DNA of 64,000 bases. Origin: Marinicella sp. (GTDB lineage Bacteria; Pseudomonadota; Gammaproteobacteria; Xanthomonadales; Marinicellaceae). Of this stretch, positions 28,101 to 36,771 are shown one piece after another (within the stretch, counting starts at the first letter, position 1; each line of letters begins with the position of its first letter). Position numbers and translations under genes: made by a program. The notes beneath the pieces were generated by a model. The model ran no database searches. It was not told the origin of the DNA and worked only from the letters and a program-made list of their open reading frames with translations. The stretch covers positions 1,440,001 through 1,504,000 of the forward strand of contig OZ246001.1 in NCBI GenBank assembly GCA_965230295.1. The letters run 5' to 3'.

Positions 28101-28580
28101 AAACCATGAGTCTCCTCCATCATTGGTTTTCCAAATGCCACCAGACACGCCAGCTGCATATATGATCTCATGCTGTTCTGGGTGAAACACCAAAGCTCGG
28201 GTGCGGCCACCGACATTCCCTGGACCAAGCCACTCCCATCCTGTGTTTGCTTGCTTACGGGTGGTTTTAGCTGCTGTTTTTTCCTGGTCAGTCAACAAGC
28301 GGCCTTGGCGGGTACTGAATACCGCTTTTTGTTGAATGGCTTGTATGGCACCTCTATACGGATCCATGGGTAATTGATCCACACCGACCGGTAGCCTTTT
28401 GTGCAAAAAATGCTGTTGTCGCTCAAAAGCCGCTGAAGGGGTTTTCATTGATGGTTTCGGCTTCATCATGACAGCTTGATCAGACGTTTGGCGCCCATCG
28501 TGGTTAACCAATGCGGTACCAAGTAACAACAAGGCAGTAGGAATTGTCAGAAGTTTTATTTCAATTTTCATCTTTTTCAC
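25152..28580 (-). CDS. Large secreted BNR/Asp-box (VPS10-like) beta-propeller protein with two C-terminal WYN-GHG-WYTY domains
   Basis: WEWLGPGNVGGRTRA and many (S/T)xDGGxxW Asp-boxes; SGNWYNTEQSGHG and HSGTWYNTDQDGHG modules at the C-terminus. Confidence 0.85.
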   Translation of the reverse strand: MKKMKIEIKLLTIPTALLLLGTALVNHDGRQTSDQAVMMKPKPSMKTPSAAFERQQHFLHKRLPVGVDQLPMDPYRGAIQAIQQKAVFSTRQGRLLTDQEKTAAKTTRKQANTGWEWLGPGNVGGRTRALVFHPEQHEIIYAAGVSGGIWKTNDGGDSWFAMADNMANINVGTLAIDPTKPKTLYAGTGELYRKTLRPYSSMSGAGIFKTTDGGETWFQLSNTVNEQFMYVSDIIISPNDNNVIYAATNTGVWRSHDGGRSFNQTLNPTTQQGENLFEGCNDLSIRSDKTDDWLLVSCASRSTDDRYYLPGLLPEACSGPCDARVYVNTQAQSTDDWQMTLTEPGMGRTEMSIHMANQDIIYASAANTDGGPDLDNDGAPDLHNGLHAIFRSTDGGLSWEARLRNTSPTLLNTQLFSYADGAHGSFCNDNNWYYSAGWYNQAIAASPTDPDVVWVGGMEIYRSDDGGQNFGMASDWDAQFYNNPAYDDAYVHADQHGFIFHPAYDGVNNKTLYAINDGGIFLTDDDSLPVKYGNTAPCLPATNGVQWRSINNNYGITQFYAGAVFSDGKSYIAGAQDNGTQLGSDASGVNSWTWINGGDGADLAINPVDDNNFYVSSQNANIQRTNDGGNSYVSLWNLAANSPTVTPWHNLGITPNRIFITPYEIDENQPNRLFLGGDRLWRSDDQGNSWHQSSYSLGNTYNDLISALAVAPGNSDRVIFGNSKIIGVVNNALTTNGLFNVFFSEPRSGWVSSIAFEPGNPVVAYATYSTFGGKHVWKTTNGGGVWYAIDGSGSGQLPDVPVHKIVVDPNNSDRLYIGTDLGVFVSTNGGDSWAVENTGFSQVIVEDLVIREPAQGGPAQLFAFTYGRGVWRVPLTDLDAAPDFVINDQVSGNWYNTEQSGHGLLLEVIELNGTPSILAAWYTYIDGEPVWLIGVGTIKDNRVDIDMAVTEGTGFPVADFQTEDVVRTFWGTVTLVLDSDRTGQLIWSSVLSDYSNGSMEVERLTQIATDNNSSGIRSCHSGTWYNTDQDGHGFMVQVIDAGSAQNMLMAWYTYKEGRPYWLLATGPINGNSATLTAVAGSDALFPPDFNAADVLFANWGELTFTKLDDNNAVVSWESTLAGFPAGDLDVTRLSQLSGYACD

Positions 28581-28633
28581 CGGTAGTAACTCTGTTCATC
28601 CTTTCCCTGGCATTCAAATGTGATGTTCTCAGT

Positions 28634-30340
28634 TCAATCAGTACAGCTTAATCCTGCGTTTTGTGCCAAACGAATCATGGAAAGGCTGCCAGCTGTGTAT
28701 CCCAAGTCACTGTTGGGCACCCAATTAAATTCTGCACTGTTACATCCAGTAACGATGAATTCAAAAGTTCCCCACGGAATGATTTCTACATCGTCTTGAT
28801 TGTAATTGGGAGGAAATTGGGCGTTTCGGGTGATACTCACTGTCAATGTGGCGGTGTTATCAACATAGCTGCCTGCACCCACCAGCCATATTTGATTCCC
28901 TTGGCTGTCATAAGTGTACCAATAAATAACCATTTGGTTGTTGGGCAACACATCGACACTCAAGCCATGACCGTTTTGTTCTGCGTTGTACCACAAACCC
29001 GAGTGGTGGGCTTCGATTTGGGTGGTTTGCTGTAAATTGGGCTTCACAATGAATACCCCCCTGTTAACATCAGAAATCATCACCATGCCATTATCAAAAA
29101 ATGGATAAACATTCCATGCACCACCAAAATTTGAAGTGTGATCAGGGTCTGGGTAACTGTCGAAGTAGGCCACTTCGGTTAACTCAGCTTGAGACAAGTC
29201 ACCTAACTTCAGTATCCGCAATCCACGGGTATAGTTGGCTTGATAAGTGTGTCCGTTAACAATGTACTGATTATGATCTATGGCCGCACCTTCGGCATTG
29301 TGCGATCCAGTTACTGTGGGGGCATCCAAATCAGTCATGTCCATCACATAGGTGCGGGTAAAATCAGGCGTTCCATTACCCCTTTCCAACTCATCCAATT
29401 CATCATCAATCAAGAAATACTTCTGGTCGGCTGTTAGCCACCCTTGGTGGGTATACTGTTGTCCTGTATAACCAGTTTTACTGATCATTTGAGGCGACCT
29501 TTTATCAGTCACATCAACGATGGTCACAGTATCCTCATTACTGGCAAAACACAGCTCTTTGCCACGATGTTCAACATCCGGGCCGGAATATATTAAACAC
29601 TGGGCATCATGGGTATAACCATCTTCACTGTAGCAACTAGAATAAACCGGCCGAGAAGGGTTTTGTAGGTTCACCATATGTAAACCTCCACTGCAGCTAT
29701 TTCCACCACCAACCAGAAAAGCATAGCCAGAATCTTCATTGATGACAATATTGTGTGCTGATATAAAGCCACCCTGCCAATACATGTAATCAGGTTCGAA
29801 TGTAGCGGGCGCATTTTGCACATTGAGCAATTGTGTTAAATTAAAAACCTGCATCCCGTGACGGATGTCATCTGCCACAATGTAGGCATAATCCTGATAT
29901 GTTTTGATGTCCCGCCAAGCACTGCTCAAATTATCTGTACTGGGTAGGTTTCCTAAATAAACAGGGTTTTCTGGGTCTGTGATTTCAACAAAAGAAGTCC
30001 CATTTGAGCGTCCCACCAAAGCAAAATACCGACCACTGACTTCATGCTTCCAGCCCCAGCTATCTGATCCTTGGCCGCCACCAATCTGACTCAGGTCAAG
30101 GTGGCCAAGCAAATCTATATTTTCACACTCAAATACATCAGCCATACCATCAATACAAACTTGCTTGCCTTTGTATTTATATCCTTTATAGGGCTGGCTG
30201 TGAGCTTGATGCATCATGGCAACAAAATCCCAATCAGGGTATTTTTTATTCAATTTGGCTGATTGTGTGGGTGTGTGACAACCCCAAGCTGATAGGTTGA
30301 TTGTCATTGCAATTCCAATTGCTATTAGAAATTTTCTCAT
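28634..30340 (-). CDS. Choice-of-anchor B-like (LVIVD repeat) secreted protein with one WYN-GHG-WYTY domain
   Basis: DSWGW, WRDIK, YTHDAQC, YTHQGWL, DDELDE, DHNQY and GAWNVYPF motifs; C-terminal HSGLWYNAEQNGHG module. Confidence 0.85.
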   Translation of the reverse strand: MRKFLIAIGIAMTINLSAWGCHTPTQSAKLNKKYPDWDFVAMMHQAHSQPYKGYKYKGKQVCIDGMADVFECENIDLLGHLDLSQIGGGQGSDSWGWKHEVSGRYFALVGRSNGTSFVEITDPENPVYLGNLPSTDNLSSAWRDIKTYQDYAYIVADDIRHGMQVFNLTQLLNVQNAPATFEPDYMYWQGGFISAHNIVINEDSGYAFLVGGGNSCSGGLHMVNLQNPSRPVYSSCYSEDGYTHDAQCLIYSGPDVEHRGKELCFASNEDTVTIVDVTDKRSPQMISKTGYTGQQYTHQGWLTADQKYFLIDDELDELERGNGTPDFTRTYVMDMTDLDAPTVTGSHNAEGAAIDHNQYIVNGHTYQANYTRGLRILKLGDLSQAELTEVAYFDSYPDPDHTSNFGGAWNVYPFFDNGMVMISDVNRGVFIVKPNLQQTTQIEAHHSGLWYNAEQNGHGLSVDVLPNNQMVIYWYTYDSQGNQIWLVGAGSYVDNTATLTVSITRNAQFPPNYNQDDVEIIPWGTFEFIVTGCNSAEFNWVPNSDLGYTAGSLSMIRLAQNAGLSCTD

Positions 30341-30662
30341 TCTTAACGTTTCCTATTTTGTGTTTGATTTTTATTGTAGTGGATTCGCAGGGATATTCAC
30401 AGTGCCTATTAAAAGTTTCGTTGATAAAAACATTGTTCATTTTTCTGTATTTTATCATCCAGTATTGAACATTTTGCTTGTGTCTTAATGACCTGTATTA
30501 TTTTGGGTGTGGTAAGCCTGCCTTCCAAAAGCAAGCCATCGCTGAAAACAAGCCATTCGCTTAGTCTATTTTGTGCCTTGATGGAATCTGGCCTGTACCG
30601 ATTCATCATGATATTTTTGCTCATTCTTGGCACATCAATCAGAAAAATCGATCACAAGTCTG

Positions 30663-30876
30663 TTATCCACAACGTCTGTGGATAACTTTGTTGATAACCT
30701 GTAATTTAGACCCCTTTTGGGTTGATGTGTAGACATTCGTTTCACTTTGGTTAAATTTTAACCAAAGTTAGTTTGACCTTAAATATCAATAAGTTATGAG
30801 GATTTTCAAAAGTTAGAAATTAACGATTATGACTAAATTCTTGTTTTATGACCACCAGATGACCAAATGTGTATAA
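30663..30876. promoter_or_regulatory. DARS-like DnaA-box cluster with Fis and IHF sites
   Basis: TTATCCACA (30663-30671), 5 bp, TGTGGATAA (30677-30685), 3 bp, TGTTGATAA (30689-30697). Also Fis-like GGTTAAATTTTAACC (30749-30763), IHF-like TATCAATAAGTTA (30784-30796) and a distal TGTGTATAA (30868-30876). Confidence 0.75.
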
Positions 30877-30934
30877 ATTAAAAAAATCAAGACTTATTTT
30901 GATTTTTTTTTGGTTGAGGGCCAGAAATTTGAGA

Positions 30935-31855
30935 TTATTCGCTGTAGGCCTCAGCAGTGGCGTCATGCGGGTGCAATGATTCATGGTGAGTTACCCGTAA
31001 ATGGAATTGAGTCACTGCAGGTTCTTTGCTCAGTGTTTGCTTGATTCGGCGTGCCGCATCTTCACAAAACATCAAATTTTGGCCATTTCGAAGCGCAAAT
31101 GCTTGTTCATCAGCCCTTTTAACTGCAGCTTGAACGGCTGTCTGTAATGAATTTTCAACCAAGTCAATCATCTTTCTAAGCGGCACCTGTATTTGATCAT
31201 TGCTTAACTTGATTTTGATCACCGCAGAACTTCTTTGGCTGTGAGGCGTGGCATTGATGCCTTGTTCAGATCCCAACCAAGCCACCACGGCCTCATAATC
31301 CATATTTTCTTGATCAAAGTTTTGTTTAAAATTCTCTTGGATCAGTTGTCTGGCCAATGCAGCAGAACATGGACAGGTGCTGGAATAGGTCACTTGGAAA
31401 CTGAGGTATTTACTCAAACCCGTTTTCTTGCACTGCACAACTGACAGTTTGATGGGGTAGGAGCGCCAGCCAGAATTGTTACTGACCAATGCGGGCCTGC
31501 GTAACAAGGCTTCTGCTTCCACTTCAATCAGTGCATTTTGGCTGATGTCTTTGTGCGACTCTAAAAAATTCAAAGTCAAATTTTGTAACTGATCATAGTC
31601 AACGGAATTTGAGCTGAACAATTGATCACATGCCAGGTACAACCGGGACATGTGAATGCCTTTGGTGACTTCATCATCCAAAGAGACTTCAGCCCGAACC
31701 CTGGCAACTGTGGCAGGCACCTCAATGTCCGCTGAAAGACTCAGCGGCATTTCGATATCACTCATGCCGACCCATTGCAACTGTCCACCAATCTTGGCTT
31801 TTTCTTCAGCGGCAATGTCTGGCAAGGTACAGGATTGGTTGGTGGAATCTAACAC
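30935..31855 (-). CDS. folE2: GTP cyclohydrolase IB
   Basis: KGIHMSRL, STCPCS, ATPHSQRS, NLMFCEDAAR and ESLHPHDA. Confidence 0.95.
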   Translation of the reverse strand: MLDSTNQSCTLPDIAAEEKAKIGGQLQWVGMSDIEMPLSLSADIEVPATVARVRAEVSLDDEVTKGIHMSRLYLACDQLFSSNSVDYDQLQNLTLNFLESHKDISQNALIEVEAEALLRRPALVSNNSGWRSYPIKLSVVQCKKTGLSKYLSFQVTYSSTCPCSAALARQLIQENFKQNFDQENMDYEAVVAWLGSEQGINATPHSQRSSAVIKIKLSNDQIQVPLRKMIDLVENSLQTAVQAAVKRADEQAFALRNGQNLMFCEDAARRIKQTLSKEPAVTQFHLRVTHHESLHPHDATAEAYSE

Positions 31856-31967
31856 TGGAATTGACTATGGATAAGTTGCATTGATAATGAGGGCTATCAT
31901 ATCAAATTCAAGTAGGCAGGGGTTGCTTTAGCTGGTTTTTTTCTGCATCAGTCTTGATTTCAGGTAT

Positions 31968-33098
31968 TCAAAGGTCCTTAAGGCGATTGTGTCGGAAAGC
32001 AGTCAACTCCATTTGCAAATTTTTCAGCCCGGCAATGGCTTTGAATTTATCACCCATTTCATCAGGTAAAACCAATTTTTTCATTTCATTGGCCAAGGCA
32101 TAATAGGTTTCAAAATCACCCTCCGGATCCAACCATTTCTCAATGCCACTGGACAGCAGGAAATCAGCTTGGGTGGTGAAACCAGACACTTCAACACCAG
32201 CAGCATCCATGGCTTCAGCCACAGCGGTGAAATCTACAAAAGCGGTGATGTCTTGTAAACCGATGTCTTGATACGGGTTGAAATTGGCTTGGTGCCTGCG
32301 ATGACAGACTAATGTACCGGTATCACGCTGTGGGTGGAAAAAGGTACGCCGACCAAAACCGTAATCAACCATCAGCACCATGCCCTTGCTCAATGGTGTC
32401 ACTACCGAGGCCAACCAGGCACTCAAATGTGGAATAAACTCCGATCGATAACCATTGGCCAAATCCAAATCCATACGTTGCAGCTGTTGTAACATTTCAG
32501 GTTCAAAATCATGCCATTGTTCTGTCAGTTGACCCTTTTCATCAGCAAGCATCAACCGTTGGTATCGACCTTTGTCATATTGAAACACCTCAACAGGCAA
32601 AGCATCCAGGACTTCATTGGCAAAGATGATGCCTTCAAACGGGTCCATGGGTGGTGCATCTACCCAACTGACCAATCGGCCCAAGTGATTTGGCAACTGG
32701 GATACTGCCTGCTGTTGTAGCTGCTTCAGGTCTGCACTGACCTCAAAAATCAAATACCGCTCAGGCAAACAGTCCAATTGATCCAAGGCCTCTAGCACAT
32801 CCACACAAAACCGGCCTGTTCCAGCACCCAGTTCAAACATTGTGGGCCGCTCTAATTGCGATAAAACTTCAGCAAAAAAACTGGCATGACAACGGGCAAA
32901 CAAGTAACCCATTTCAGGGGATGTGACAAAATCACCTCCTGCACCTAACTTATTCAAACCAGCACTGTAATACCCCAGTCCTGGCTCATACAAGGCCATT
33001 TGCATAAATTCCGCAAAACTAATCACACCTTTTTGTTTGATTTGTGCGGTAATTTTATGTTGCAATGAGCGCTTAATTTCTAACAGTGTATCGGACAT
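31968..33098 (-). CDS. SAM-dependent methyltransferase, MidA/NDUFAF7 family
   Basis: ALYEPGLGYY, GDFVTSPE, ELGAGTG, NEVLDALP and QDITAFVDF. Confidence 0.9.
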   Translation of the reverse strand: MSDTLLEIKRSLQHKITAQIKQKGVISFAEFMQMALYEPGLGYYSAGLNKLGAGGDFVTSPEMGYLFARCHASFFAEVLSQLERPTMFELGAGTGRFCVDVLEALDQLDCLPERYLIFEVSADLKQLQQQAVSQLPNHLGRLVSWVDAPPMDPFEGIIFANEVLDALPVEVFQYDKGRYQRLMLADEKGQLTEQWHDFEPEMLQQLQRMDLDLANGYRSEFIPHLSAWLASVVTPLSKGMVLMVDYGFGRRTFFHPQRDTGTLVCHRRHQANFNPYQDIGLQDITAFVDFTAVAEAMDAAGVEVSGFTTQADFLLSSGIEKWLDPEGDFETYYALANEMKKLVLPDEMGDKFKAIAGLKNLQMELTAFRHNRLKDL

Positions 33099-33103
33099 GC
33101 TTG

Positions 33104-33676
33104 ATGGACAAAGACCTCACAATTTGGTTATACAACAACCCTTATAAAAACAAGTCTGAGGCCAAGCCCCATTCTGACGCCATTTTACAGCAGTTGCTCC
33201 AAAACACACTGAATACTTCCCAACCGATCAAAATATTTAAAAATGAAAATGGCAAACCATATGTCGATGAACCGGTTTATTTTTCTCACACCAACTGTCA
33301 TAACCTGTACGCTTATGTGATTTCCACCCATGGCGAGGTGGGTGTGGATGTTGAATTCATCCGTCCAGATTGGGATTTTATGCGTTTGGCAGGTCGCTAT
33401 TTTTCTGGTGATGAAATAGAATTACTCAAGAGCCTGGAACCCAACAATAAACAACTCAAATTTTTTCAGTTGTGGACCCAAAAAGAAGCTTGGTGTAAAT
33501 TGGATGGCGGTAACCTGTGGGCCTATTTAAAGCGATCGGTTTTGAACCACGAGCAATTAACTAACCAACAAGGAACATTGATTCACATGAAGAACAACAA
33601 TCAGATTTCTGGATTCAAATGTGCCACGGCCAGCACCTACCCCATCAACCATATTTGGATCAACTCCATAAGCTGA
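33104..33676 (+). CDS. Sfp-type 4'-phosphopantetheinyl transferase
   Basis: NENGKP, FSH, VGVDVE and FFQLWTQKEA motifs. Confidence 0.88.
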   Translation: MDKDLTIWLYNNPYKNKSEAKPHSDAILQQLLQNTLNTSQPIKIFKNENGKPYVDEPVYFSHTNCHNLYAYVISTHGEVGVDVEFIRPDWDFMRLAGRYFSGDEIELLKSLEPNNKQLKFFQLWTQKEAWCKLDGGNLWAYLKRSVLNHEQLTNQQGTLIHMKNNNQISGFKCATASTYPINHIWINSIS

Positions 33677-33687
33677 AGGTGTACATC

Positions 33688-35418
33688 ATGAGAGTGACAA
33701 CCCTGCTGTTTATGATGATGTTTTTAACTGGCTGCTATGTCAACAAAGAAACCATCAGACAAGTAGAACAAGTGGTAGAAGTCAAAAAAGACAGCACCAT
33801 CACTTGCACCAATGATGACGGCACCCGATGCGCCATAAAATCTCCATTTGCATCTCAATATGCGATGTCAGTTCAACAAGACAGCAACCGCATGATGTTG
33901 TTGGATCACGGAGAAGAATCATTGTTGGCTCGATTACACCTGATCAGAGCCGCTCAACACAGCATAGAAATCCAGACTTTCATCTGGGTTAACGATGAAG
34001 CCGGGCATTTTATCTTGCGTGAACTGCTGGCTGCAGCAAAAAGAGGTGTCAAAGTCAAAGTCATCATTGATCAATTGTTCTCAATGGGCAACTCGTGGTT
34101 GGTCACCGATCTGGCCACTTTACACCAAAACCTAGAAATCAAACTGTACAACCCGGTGTTCCAAGATGCCCATACCTCACCGTTTGAGTTTTTCAGTGCC
34201 ATGGCATGTTGTATGGCGCGCTTGAACAAACGCATGCACAACAAAACTTTTATTGTGGACAGTAAATATGGCATCGTTGGCGGTCGCAATTATCAAAGCC
34301 GTTACTATGACTGGGATGAAAATTTCAATTACAAGGACCGAGATGTCATGGCCATTGGTACTGTGGTTGATGACATGACAGAATCATTTGCCAGTTTCTG
34401 GCAAAGCCCGCATGTGGTTCCCGTGGAGTATTTACGTGATGTCAGCGCCCGCATTCTAAAAAACGAGCAATCAAAAATAAACTGGCAACAGGCTTTTTCA
34501 GACAAAGCCTTACAATTAACGGCCAAAGCAATCGATGCCGATTATGTGGCCAGGAAATTCTTTCCACACATCATTGAGGTTGATCAAGTTGAATACTTCA
34601 GTGACACCCATGACAAACCCTTCAACAAACAAGCCCGCAACGCCAACAAACAATTAACCCAGAAAATCCATCAAATTTTTGCCTCGGCAGAACACAGCAT
34701 ACTGATCCAAACACCCTATCTGGTTTTCAGCCGCAAAGCCCGAAAAACCTTGAAGAAGTTACGTAAGAACAACCCAGATCTGGAGTTGATTGTGTCCACC
34801 AATTCTTTGGCCTCAACAGACGCGTATTACGTGTATGCCATTTCATACAAGTACAAACGTTTTTACCTGAAAAAACTGAAGATGCAAATCTATGAATTCA
34901 AAGACCGGCCTGCCTTGATCGATGACATGTTTGCTTCACACACCATCAATGAAAAAACCCGCATCGGCATGCACGGCAAATCATTTGTGATTGACGGGTA
35001 TATTTCAATGATAGGATCTCATAATTTTGATCCAAGATCTGATGTGTTGAACACGGAGTCAGGGTTTGTGATTAAGAGTGAAGCTTTTGCCCATCTGCTC
35101 TCGCAAAATATTCGAACGGACATGAAAGATGAAAACAGCTGGGTGGTGGCCGCCAAAGAGCAAATTCCATTTTTTAGTCACATCAGCGGTGTGATTGCCA
35201 CCATATCAAGAAAATTACCCATTTTTGATATTTGGCCATTTCGTTACTCAACCAGTTACCAATTAAAACCAGGCCACCCTGAGGTACCATCAGATCACCC
35301 GGATTTTTATTTAAATTATGAAGCAATTGGCAATTTTCCGAATGTCAATTTGTCTTCTAAGCAAATTCAAACGATAATAATATCTGCTTTTGCCGGTTTT
35401 GCTGAACCTGTGATGTAA
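33688..35418 (+). CDS. Phospholipase D-family lipoprotein (ClsC-like)
   Basis: Lipobox LTGC and two HKD motifs (RMHNKTFIVD, MHGKSFVID..GSHNFD). Confidence 0.88.
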   Translation: MRVTTLLFMMMFLTGCYVNKETIRQVEQVVEVKKDSTITCTNDDGTRCAIKSPFASQYAMSVQQDSNRMMLLDHGEESLLARLHLIRAAQHSIEIQTFIWVNDEAGHFILRELLAAAKRGVKVKVIIDQLFSMGNSWLVTDLATLHQNLEIKLYNPVFQDAHTSPFEFFSAMACCMARLNKRMHNKTFIVDSKYGIVGGRNYQSRYYDWDENFNYKDRDVMAIGTVVDDMTESFASFWQSPHVVPVEYLRDVSARILKNEQSKINWQQAFSDKALQLTAKAIDADYVARKFFPHIIEVDQVEYFSDTHDKPFNKQARNANKQLTQKIHQIFASAEHSILIQTPYLVFSRKARKTLKKLRKNNPDLELIVSTNSLASTDAYYVYAISYKYKRFYLKKLKMQIYEFKDRPALIDDMFASHTINEKTRIGMHGKSFVIDGYISMIGSHNFDPRSDVLNTESGFVIKSEAFAHLLSQNIRTDMKDENSWVVAAKEQIPFFSHISGVIATISRKLPIFDIWPFRYSTSYQLKPGHPEVPSDHPDFYLNYEAIGNFPNVNLSSKQIQTIIISAFAGFAEPVM

Positions 35419-35429
35419 CAGAGAAAAAT

Positions 35430-36755
35430 ATGAACAACAGAAATAAACTCATTGTATTGGCCATTTTGGTGGCATTGGTGGCTTTGCCATACTGGCGAAT
35501 CAAGCACAACAGTAAATTTTTTGTGGAGGGCATCATGGCCCACCTCAGTCATTTGGGAGAGTGGTCACAAGGTGAAGTCTCCACATCTTTAAATGGTGAG
35601 GTCACCATGCGAAAAGTGACATTCAGACCAACAGGCTATCGCCAAAGCTTCAACATCGATTCTATACAAGTGCACACAGACATGAAAAAACTGTTGTTCT
35701 CCGGAACCCAGCATTTGATCAGTCACATGCCCAATCACATGACCTTGTATATCAACAATGCCCGGGTTGGTGGAGGCGGCAATGACCTGCAACAGGCCAT
35801 CAACAAAGCCAACTACTGGCCTATGGCAGCCAATTATCTGGGGGCATTTGGTTGTGGCGAAGGCAACGGCCCCAATTTCAGTGACCAACAATGGCAAGCC
35901 ATATTCCCAACGGCACCCAGCTTTAATATTGAAATCAACTATTCTCTGGTTGATGATTACCACATCGACTTCAACTTTAATGTAGACAGTCCAGACAGTT
36001 GGTACATCGCCTGGTCCGGTACATTAACCAGGCCCAGTGACATTGAACGCATCACCTTTAATGACACGATCATCGACACGTTGTACTACTACCAAATCGA
36101 TCAAGGCTTTAACCAGAAACGCAACAACATGTGTGCCAAAGCCAATAAAGACTCTTTTGCTGCCTACCGTTTAAAAAGTGCAGAAGAAATTCAAAAATAC
36201 CTGCGGGTTTATGCTGGCAAGGAAATGCCAGATTTTCTCAGCAACCAATACCAACGAGCCTTGTCAGAAAACATTGAGTTGAATGCCATATTTGATTTGG
36301 TTGAACCTAAATACATATTCGAATTGGCTGATATGAGTCAAACTGATTACTACAGTCAAGTAAACATTGAAGCCGCCTTGGGTGAAAATGAATACCAAAA
36401 AATAGAGTTGGCAGAAATTGATTTTCTGGAACTTGACATGGACACCTTGCGAGCAGAAATGGAAGCCAAACAAAAAGAAGCGGCGCGACTTGAAGCCGAG
36501 GCCAACAAACCCAAAGAGCTGTTAAAAACCATCACACGCTCAATTGGCAAAAGTGCCAATGAAACCACCATCAGCGATTGGACTCAGGCAGTGGGCCAAA
36601 ACATCAAAGTCAGAACCAAGCGAGGCCGGCCCATCTTTGGACGCTTATTAGACATCAATGACAAGCAATTGACCATTTCATCCAGATACATGCGCGGTGA
36701 CGCAACCATCACCGTATCTCGCAAAGATGTGGTGTCTATGAGTGTCAGTAGATAA
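35430..36755 (+). CDS. Membrane-anchored hypothetical protein
   Basis: 441-aa ORF with an N-terminal TM segment, a coiled-coil-like stretch and a small C-terminal beta domain. Confidence 0.75.
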   Translation: MNNRNKLIVLAILVALVALPYWRIKHNSKFFVEGIMAHLSHLGEWSQGEVSTSLNGEVTMRKVTFRPTGYRQSFNIDSIQVHTDMKKLLFSGTQHLISHMPNHMTLYINNARVGGGGNDLQQAINKANYWPMAANYLGAFGCGEGNGPNFSDQQWQAIFPTAPSFNIEINYSLVDDYHIDFNFNVDSPDSWYIAWSGTLTRPSDIERITFNDTIIDTLYYYQIDQGFNQKRNNMCAKANKDSFAAYRLKSAEEIQKYLRVYAGKEMPDFLSNQYQRALSENIELNAIFDLVEPKYIFELADMSQTDYYSQVNIEAALGENEYQKIELAEIDFLELDMDTLRAEMEAKQKEAARLEAEANKPKELLKTITRSIGKSANETTISDWTQAVGQNIKVRTKRGRPIFGRLLDINDKQLTISSRYMRGDATITVSRKDVVSMSVSR

Positions 36756-36771
36756 CGCCGTTTACTTGAAA

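Noticed and set aside
30340-30934. oriC, and the short ORFs called in this gap
   Set aside because: There is no dnaA, gidA or parAB context and no obvious DUE 13-mer repeats; the box geometry fits DARS better. The short ORFs overlap each other on opposite strands and have no recognisable motifs.
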